From the NCBI GenBank assembly GCA_964501755.1, contig CAZCTF010000001.1, positions 1,314 through 40,579 on the forward strand: DNA of 39,266 nt. Direction: 5' to 3'. Both the position numbers and the translations under genes were made by a program. How positions within the stretch are numbered: position 1 is the stretch's first letter; the number at the start of each line of letters is the position of its first letter. The DNA is from an uncultured Bdellovibrionales bacterium (GTDB lineage Bacteria; Patescibacteriota; Minisyncoccia; Moranbacterales; UBA1568). The notes beneath the pieces were generated by a model. That model had not been told where the DNA came from. It ran no database searches and worked only from the letters and a program-made list of their open reading frames with translations. Below are positions 33,670-39,266 of the stretch, piece after piece.

Positions 33670-34149
33670 CTATTTCTTGAAAACGAAGAGCTTGTAGCCG
33701 ACGAAGTTCCAGACGAGCGAGAATCCGGTTGCAAGGAGTTTGGCAACGACGACCCAGTTCGCCTCGGAAATACCGAGCATTGGTTGAGTGAACGTAGTAA
33801 TGGCGTATACGACACCGCTGTTGATGCTGATCCCGATGAGGCTGACAATAAAGAATTGCGAAAACTTGAACGGTTCCTTTTCGGTCCGAGTTTTGTCCTC
33901 GAACGTCCAGAACTTGTTCATGAAATAACTGTTCACGACTGCCACCGAGAAAGAGACAGCGTTCAGGACAACGATTCCGACGCCGCCGGTGATGCCTGTG
34001 ACGCCGACCAAAACACGGAGAATGACGATATCGATACCCGTGTTTACTCCGCCGACAATGATGAACTTAGAGAACTGCTTTATGGTGCGGACGAACCATG
34101 CCTGAGAGAAGCGAGCGATTTCTGGGTTTGGCACAGGATTGATATCCAT
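33670..34149 (-). CDS. GtrA-family membrane protein
   Basis: FSKFIIVGGVNTGIDIVIL ... NKFWTFE ... 4-TM layout; ATG 34149. Confidence 0.8.
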   Translation of the reverse strand: MDINPVPNPEIARFSQAWFVRTIKQFSKFIIVGGVNTGIDIVILRVLVGVTGITGGVGIVVLNAVSFSVAVVNSYFMNKFWTFEDKTRTEKEPFKFSQFFIVSLIGISINSGVVYAITTFTQPMLGISEANWVVVAKLLATGFSLVWNFVGYKLFVFKK

Positions 34150-34181
34150 AGTGATGGGCTGGGGAAATTTATTTACTGGGC

Positions 34182-34943
34182 TTAGCGTCCTTCGGCGATC
34201 TCCTTCTCGATCGCTTCCATGTCTTTTACCCACGCATCGAGCGGTGAGAGGTTGGCGCTTGCGGTCGCATCGGGGAGACTCGTCTCAGCCGATGCTTCGG
34301 TTGATTTGGTATCGGCGAGTTCTTTCTTCCAGTCGGCATTCAGGTGGCGTTCGCCGGCGCGTTTGACGGCCGGGACAGCAACGCCGAGCGCGCCCTTCTG
34401 GAGGATATTTTCGATCGCGACCCAAGAAGCGGAGAGATCGCGCGGCATCGTGACAGCGACTTCGTCACCGGGCTCGGCACGGAAGTAGGTGATAGAGGCG
34501 AGGAGGACACGGAACGGTTCACCTTCGACGACGATGTGGTAATTCCCGCTCTCGTCCTGGCTGACAATACCGATGGCGTGACGGCGATCGATCGGCCCGA
34601 TCTGCTTATAGATGAACGAGCCATCAGTCGTGATGGTAAGTTTCAGCATATCGCCCTCGACGAGTTTCGACTTGGAGGCGTAGTTGGCTGGAACCGGATA
34701 TTGTTTGCCGTCGGTACCGAGCATGATCTGGCCATCGAAAGTACCCTCGACAACCGTTCCCGTGGCATCGTCATCGGACTTTTTCGGCCGACCGGTTTTT
34801 TTCTTTCCCTCGATCTGGAGGAGCATCGCCTTGGCACCCTGAATGGTGCGCTCAGCATTCATGATCATATCCCGGAGCGCCTGAATCTTGGCGCCATTGT
34901 CCGGCGCTGACTGAAAATTTGGATCAGTAGAAGAGTCTGACAT
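34182..34943 (-). CDS. hypothetical protein (N-terminal coiled coil, beta-rich core, acidic tail)
   Basis: 253-aa ORF; perfect TATAAT (minus strand, 35003-35008) about 60 nt upstream; no family recognised. Confidence 0.6.
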   Translation of the reverse strand: MSDSSTDPNFQSAPDNGAKIQALRDMIMNAERTIQGAKAMLLQIEGKKKTGRPKKSDDDATGTVVEGTFDGQIMLGTDGKQYPVPANYASKSKLVEGDMLKLTITTDGSFIYKQIGPIDRRHAIGIVSQDESGNYHIVVEGEPFRVLLASITYFRAEPGDEVAVTMPRDLSASWVAIENILQKGALGVAVPAVKRAGERHLNADWKKELADTKSTEASAETSLPDATASANLSPLDAWVKDMEAIEKEIAEGR

Positions 34944-35083
34944 AAAAGTTTATTTTTTTCTGTATTTTTCGGGAAACTTTCTTTTGGGTTTTCCTATGTA
35001 AAATTATACAAGACATATTTGTCAATAGCAAACAAGCTCTGAGACAAGGGATAATCGGGGAGGCGACCAAGGGACCATAACCC

Positions 35084-35113
35084 TTGACAAAATATGGTAA
35101 TATGCGTTAATAT
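35084..35113 (+). promoter_or_regulatory. candidate sigma70-type promoter
   Basis: TTGACA (35084-35089), 18-nt spacer, TAATAT (35108-35113), about 40 nt upstream of the ATG at 35151. Confidence 0.45.
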
Positions 35114-35150
35114 GAGGCGTTCTCAGAAATGCTAATTATCCCTGTTTTTT

Positions 35151-36227
35151 ATGGCTGAAAGAAGGAAAGCAATCGATTCCGTCCGCCTGTCAAGCACCCG
35201 CACTGCGGAGGAGCTCCTGGGCGCTCTCTTGTCATCTTTTCCGGAGCGTTCTGGCGTCATCACACGTGAGCGGTTTGGCGTTATCGACGGAGCTGAAAAA
35301 ACCCTGGAGGAAATCGGCAAGGCGCATGGCATCACACGCGAGCGTGTTCGCCAGATCGTCGATGTCATCATGAAACGGGTCAAAGAAATCATGGCTCGCG
35401 AGACGGACCATATCCTCGTGCACCGTGTTATCGATACCGTGAAGAGTCATGGTGGAATCATGGCGATCGATGATTTGCTCGAAGTGCTCGCGAATGACAC
35501 GGTTTCGGAGAAGAAAGCACTCGCCGCAATCCTCTCGGCGATTCCAGGCATCAAGATTGCCAAGGAGACCGCGAAAAGGAAAACGGTCGTCACAACGGAT
35601 GGTTTTTCGATGTCTGATTGGGAAAAGCTCGTCGCCACTACAGTTGGACTGCTCCAGGAAGCGAGCGATGTGCAGTCGCTCGAGGATTTCTACGCACTCT
35701 ATACGAAGAAATCGGAGTCTTCCGATCTTTCCAAGGATATGTTTGAATCGCTCCTCGCGCCGTCGGCCGAGATTGAGAAGAATGCCTTTGGGCGGTATGG
35801 CTTGTCGCATTGGAGCACCGTGCGTCCACGCGGTACCCGCGAACGTGCTCATCTCATCTTGCAGGTGATGAAGAAACCGCTTCACTTCCGCGAGATCGCC
35901 CGACTCATTGATGAGCACGGTCTCTATAAGTCCGGCAAGAAGACACATCCTCAGACTGTTCATAACGAGCTCATCAAGGACAAGCGTTTCGTCTTAGTCG
36001 GTCGGGGTACCTACGCCCTCTCTGATTGGGGTTTCCGTCCCGGGACAGTACGCGAGGTTCTGAAATCGATTTTGAAAGAGCACGAAGAACCGATGACGCG
36101 TGAAGACCTGCTGAAGGCGGTCATGAAGGTCCGTCAGGTGAAGCGCTCTACGGTCATTATCAATCTCAATAGTTTCTTCACGAAAGTCGGCAAGAATATC
36201 TACTCCATCGCTGATGGCAAGGAGTAA
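35151..36227 (+). CDS. sigma-70 region-4-like HTH plus HARE-HTH domain protein
   Basis: ERFGVIDGAEKTLEEIGKAHGITRERVRQIVDVIMKRV (region 4-like); later HFREIARLI...THPQTVHNELIKDKRFVLVGRGTYAL (HARE-HTH-like). Confidence 0.7.
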   Translation: MAERRKAIDSVRLSSTRTAEELLGALLSSFPERSGVITRERFGVIDGAEKTLEEIGKAHGITRERVRQIVDVIMKRVKEIMARETDHILVHRVIDTVKSHGGIMAIDDLLEVLANDTVSEKKALAAILSAIPGIKIAKETAKRKTVVTTDGFSMSDWEKLVATTVGLLQEASDVQSLEDFYALYTKKSESSDLSKDMFESLLAPSAEIEKNAFGRYGLSHWSTVRPRGTRERAHLILQVMKKPLHFREIARLIDEHGLYKSGKKTHPQTVHNELIKDKRFVLVGRGTYALSDWGFRPGTVREVLKSILKEHEEPMTREDLLKAVMKVRQVKRSTVIINLNSFFTKVGKNIYSIADGKE

Positions 36228-36251
36228 TCGGAAACGTTTGTTCCGTTCTAA

Positions 36252-36280
36252 ACCCCGCTGATAGATGTGGGGTTTTCTGT
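36252..36280 (+). terminator. Rho-independent terminator
   Basis: ACCCCGC-tgatagat-GTGGGGT followed by TTTCTG. Confidence 0.55.
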
Positions 36281-36388
36281 GGCTTTCTGAGTCATCCGAT
36301 CGAGTGACCTGTGGATTTTGCTCCGGATTGAAAACTCTCTATACTACGAAGTGGAGACAATGTTCTCCCTAATGAGTGATATTGCTGC

Positions 36389-37666
36389 ATGTTCGAACTT
36401 TTTCAAAACATGGCTACCATCGCCTCAGTCGCAGGCGATGTCTGGTACTACATTATCCCGTTTGCGTTCTACCCGATTTTCATGATGCTCTGGGTCGACA
36501 GCCGGAATGGGATTTTTGGCTCAAAGATTGAATGGGTACTTCTTGAGATTATCCCGCCCAAGGAGCTCGAAAAGAGCCCTCATCCGATGGAGCTCATCTA
36601 TTCCGGTTTTGGTGGTGTGATCAAGAGTCCGACTACATTTGAAGAATATGTTGTTGGGGAATATCCGGCAAAATTCTGTCTCGAGCTGGTTTCGACCGAA
36701 GGCCAGGTCCATATGTATATCCGGACGCAGAAGTCTTTCCGCAATCTGGTGGAAGCGCATTTTTACGCGCAATATCCAAATGTCGAGATCATCGAAGTCG
36801 GAGACTATACCAAAGAGGTGCCACGAACTTTGCCGAACAAGGATTGGGACCTATGGGGGACCGAGTTCAAACTCTTTAAGCCCGACCTTTATCCAATCCG
36901 TACCTATAAATTCTTCGAGGAATCTGTGACAGGGAAAATGCTTGATCCCTTGGCGGGCCTCATTGAGACAATGGGCAAACTCGGCCCAGGCCAACATCTC
37001 TGGCTACAGTTTTTGGCGACGCCGATCAAAGAAGACTGGGGACCGAAGAAGGGTCAAGCAACGATCGAGGAATTTCTCGGACATGAGGAAGTAGCGAGTG
37101 GAGGGATTTTTTCTCGCGTTTGGCATGATCTGGTGGATGTTTTCCGTAATATCTTCTCAGGCCTTTTGGGCCAGGAGTTGACCTGGACGAGCCTTGCCGA
37201 AGCCGCCAAAAGCGAAGAGCAGCCGATCGAGTTTCGATTGACTCCTGGGCAGAAAGATATCTTGAAAGCGCTCGAGAGCAATATCGGCAAGCCGATGTTT
37301 AAGATCAAAATGCGCCACGTATATCTCGGGAGAAGAGAGCATTTCTCGAAAGCGACCGGTGTGTCAGCATTTATCGGTGCAATCAAACAATTCAACGACA
37401 TCAGTCTAAATAGTATGGTACCAGACGATCTCTCCAAGACGTATGCGTCATATATTATGGTGGATCAACGCACGCGGTACCGTCAGCGTCGGCTCTTCCG
37501 TCGTTACATCACGCGGGATTCCGATCCGGGGGAGAATTGTTTCTTGTTTTCTTCCGAAGAGCTGGCCACGGTCTTTCATCTCCCGGATATGCAGGTACTT
37601 GCCCCGGCTCTCTCTCGTGTCATGACCAAGCGGGGTGGCGCGCCTAATAATTTGCCGGTACAATGA
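36389..37666 (+). CDS. membrane-anchored hypothetical protein, probable partner of the downstream ATPase
   Basis: Single N-terminal TM (VWYYIIPFAFYPIFMMLWV) then a soluble region of about 380 aa; 59 nt upstream of the T4CP-like gene. Confidence 0.65.
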   Translation: MFELFQNMATIASVAGDVWYYIIPFAFYPIFMMLWVDSRNGIFGSKIEWVLLEIIPPKELEKSPHPMELIYSGFGGVIKSPTTFEEYVVGEYPAKFCLELVSTEGQVHMYIRTQKSFRNLVEAHFYAQYPNVEIIEVGDYTKEVPRTLPNKDWDLWGTEFKLFKPDLYPIRTYKFFEESVTGKMLDPLAGLIETMGKLGPGQHLWLQFLATPIKEDWGPKKGQATIEEFLGHEEVASGGIFSRVWHDLVDVFRNIFSGLLGQELTWTSLAEAAKSEEQPIEFRLTPGQKDILKALESNIGKPMFKIKMRHVYLGRREHFSKATGVSAFIGAIKQFNDISLNSMVPDDLSKTYASYIMVDQRTRYRQRRLFRRYITRDSDPGENCFLFSSEELATVFHLPDMQVLAPALSRVMTKRGGAPNNLPVQ

Positions 37667-37725
37667 TGAGCACCCTGGCCCGTTTTCGGACCGCTTTCCT
37701 TTTGCTCTAAAGATCAACGTATCTT

Positions 37726-39266
37726 ATGTCCGAGCTCGATGACAATCCGATTACCGTCTTTGCTAAGACCAATTTCCGCAACCAGGAGCGAGTCTTTGGC
37801 ATTAAAGCCGATGACCGGCGACGCCACATGTACCTCCTCGGCAAGACCGGTATGGGCAAGACCAACTTGCTCGAGAATCTCGCCATCCAAGATATCCAGC
37901 AGGGCCACGGCATCTGTTTCATCGATCCGCACGGCGATGTCGCACTAAAACTCATCAAGGCGATCCCTCCGGAACGCATCAATGACGTTATCTACTTTGA
38001 TCCGGCAGACCAGGCGTTTCCGATTGCCTTTAATGTGCTCGAGCAGGTCGGCGCGGACCAGCGTTCACTCGTGGCTTCTGGTCTCGTCGGAGTTTTCAAG
38101 AAGATCTGGGCTGATTCCTGGGGACCGCGGCTCGAATATATTCTCCGGAATGCTATCCTCGCGCTCCTCGAATACCCGGGATCGAGTCTCCTCGGCGTTA
38201 TGCGTATCCTCGTCGATAAGAGCTATCGCGAGCGGGTGATCGAGAAAGTGACTGATCCGGTTGTGAAGCAGTTCTGGGCCGTCGAGTTTGCCGGCTGGAA
38301 CGAGCGGACGCTCCAGGAGGTCATCTCGCCGATCCAGAACAAGGTTGGACAATTCACTTCGAATAGCTTGATCCGGAACATCATCGGTCAGCCGACGAGC
38401 GCTTTTGATGTGCGCGATATCATGGACAACAAAAAGATTCTCATCATGAATCTCGCCAAAGGGAAGATTGGTGAAGACTCGAGCGCGCTCCTCGGCGCCA
38501 TGATGATTACCAAGATCCAACTTGCCGCTATGGGCCGGGCCGATATCCCAGAGGAAGAACGCCGGGATTTCTACCTCTACGTCGATGAGTTCCAGAACTT
38601 CGCGACGGATTCGTTCGCCAATATCCTTTCCGAGGCGCGTAAGTACCGCCTCTCGCTCATCCTCGCCAATCAGTACATCATGCAGCTCGAAGAAAAGGTG
38701 AGCGATGCGGTTTTCGGTAACTGCGGAACGATCGTTTCGTTCCGTGTTGGTGCGGCGGATGCCGAGCTTCTCGAGAAGGAATTCGAGCCGGTCTTTATGA
38801 TGAACGATTTGGTCAATCTGCCGAAATACAATATCTATCTGAAGCTCATGATCGACGGTATCGCGGGCGATGCATTTTCCGCGACGACGTTGCCGCCAAT
38901 CCTTGTCGAGACGCCGGGTATCAATGAACGGGTCATTGCGGTCACGCGCGAACGTTATGCGTCATCTCAGGCAGAAGTCGAGGAAAAGATTCGCCGCTGG
39001 ACGGGGATGCTGACGGAAGAAGAAAAACAAGCGCTCCGTGCGCCGCTCACTCCTGCCACCCAGCATCTGACTCCTCGGGCAGCTGCTGCACCAGCGTCGC
39101 GCGAACGCTCGCCCTCTCATGGTGGCGAAATGATTGCGAAGCGTGAACGTGTCGCTGAAGCTCCACGTCCGAAACCTACCCAACGTCCCATTGTTCCAAA
39201 GCCAATCCCGGTAAAATTGCCGGAACCGGAAATTGTCACCGAACCAGAACCGGTTGTGGTAATTGA
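37726..39266 (+). CDS. VirD4/TraD/TraG-like type IV coupling-protein-family ATPase (3' end outside window)
   Basis: Hand translation from ATG 37726 is open to the window edge (513 codons). Walker A LLGKTGMGKTN (37840-37863), Walker B FYLYVDEFQNF (about 38569-38601), EARKYRLSLILANQYIMQL motif, Pro/Lys-rich tail. Not listed in the supplied ORF track. Confidence 0.85.
   Translation, partial: MSELDDNPITVFAKTNFRNQERVFGIKADDRRRHMYLLGKTGMGKTNLLENLAIQDIQQGHGICFIDPHGDVALKLIKAIPPERINDVIYFDPADQAFPIAFNVLEQVGADQRSLVASGLVGVFKKIWADSWGPRLEYILRNAILALLEYPGSSLLGVMRILVDKSYRERVIEKVTDPVVKQFWAVEFAGWNERTLQEVISPIQNKVGQFTSNSLIRNIIGQPTSAFDVRDIMDNKKILIMNLAKGKIGEDSSALLGAMMITKIQLAAMGRADIPEEERRDFYLYVDEFQNFATDSFANILSEARKYRLSLILANQYIMQLEEKVSDAVFGNCGTIVSFRVGAADAELLEKEFEPVFMMNDLVNLPKYNIYLKLMIDGIAGDAFSATTLPPILVETPGINERVIAVTRERYASSQAEVEEKIRRWTGMLTEEEKQALRAPLTPATQHLTPRAAAAPASRERSPSHGGEMIAKRERVAEAPRPKPTQRPIVPKPIPVKLPEPEIVTEPEPVVVI

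Noticed and set aside
36360-36485. Short ORF with GGAGA upstream (MFSLMSDIAACSNFF...) overlapping the start of the 425-aa membrane protein gene
   Set aside because: It is out of frame with and overlaps a much longer coherent ORF. It has no distinguishing features.
1-39266. Alternative genetic code (UGA recoding), as in some candidate phyla
   Set aside because: Recognisable genes end properly at TGA (for example rnc at 9412-9414), and no conserved protein is interrupted by an in-frame TGA.
1-39266. CRISPR arrays, rRNA genes, IS elements/transposases, integrases
   Set aside because: I found no regularly spaced direct repeats, no rRNA-like sequence, and no transposase or integrase ORF on either strand.

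Overview
This is a gene-dense 39.3-kb bacterial chromosomal window using the standard genetic code (TAA, TAG and TGA all end recognisable genes). Most of it is housekeeping: gatB (3' end), miaA, dnaE, rnhB, rpmF, nusB, rnc, smc, a dCMP-type deaminase, rpsP, rplJ-rplL, a cold-shock protein, dnaX and one tRNA-Gln(UUG). Tiny intergenic gaps, charged low-complexity tails on NusB, S16, DnaX and the T4CP-like ATPase, and a shortened SMC are reminiscent of small-genome uncultivated lineages (CPR/Patescibacteria-like); that placement is inference only. The centre of the window (14.9-25.4 kb) is an ion-transport neighbourhood. It holds an NhaP-type cation/proton antiporter, a DedA protein, and then a tightly packed six-gene Hyf/complex-I-like operon. 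Its NuoB-like subunit contains no cysteine at all. Its fused NuoC-NuoD (HyfG/HycE-like) subunit lacks both NiFe CxxC motifs. No ferredoxin-like, NADH-, formate- or maturation-related gene accompanies the operon, yet the antiporter-like subunits keep their signature Glu/Lys motifs. This apparently redox-dead hydrogenase/complex-I relative is my top candidate for an undescribed system. Other notable items: a hinge-less 766-aa SMC. A VirD4/TraD-like coupling ATPase ORF runs off the 3' window edge and is absent from the supplied ORF track; it has a membrane partner gene. An intact tRNA-Gln abuts a second tRNA-Gln 3' half inside an AT-richer islet. A 23-bp-arm inverted repeat overlaps the rpsP promoter. 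A long nested stem structure sits directly upstream of the RNase III gene. There are tandem 7-mer and 14-mer repeats in the dnaE leader, and an AT-richer regulatory region with two palindromes and a micro-ORF. No rRNA, CRISPR array, transposase or integrase was seen.
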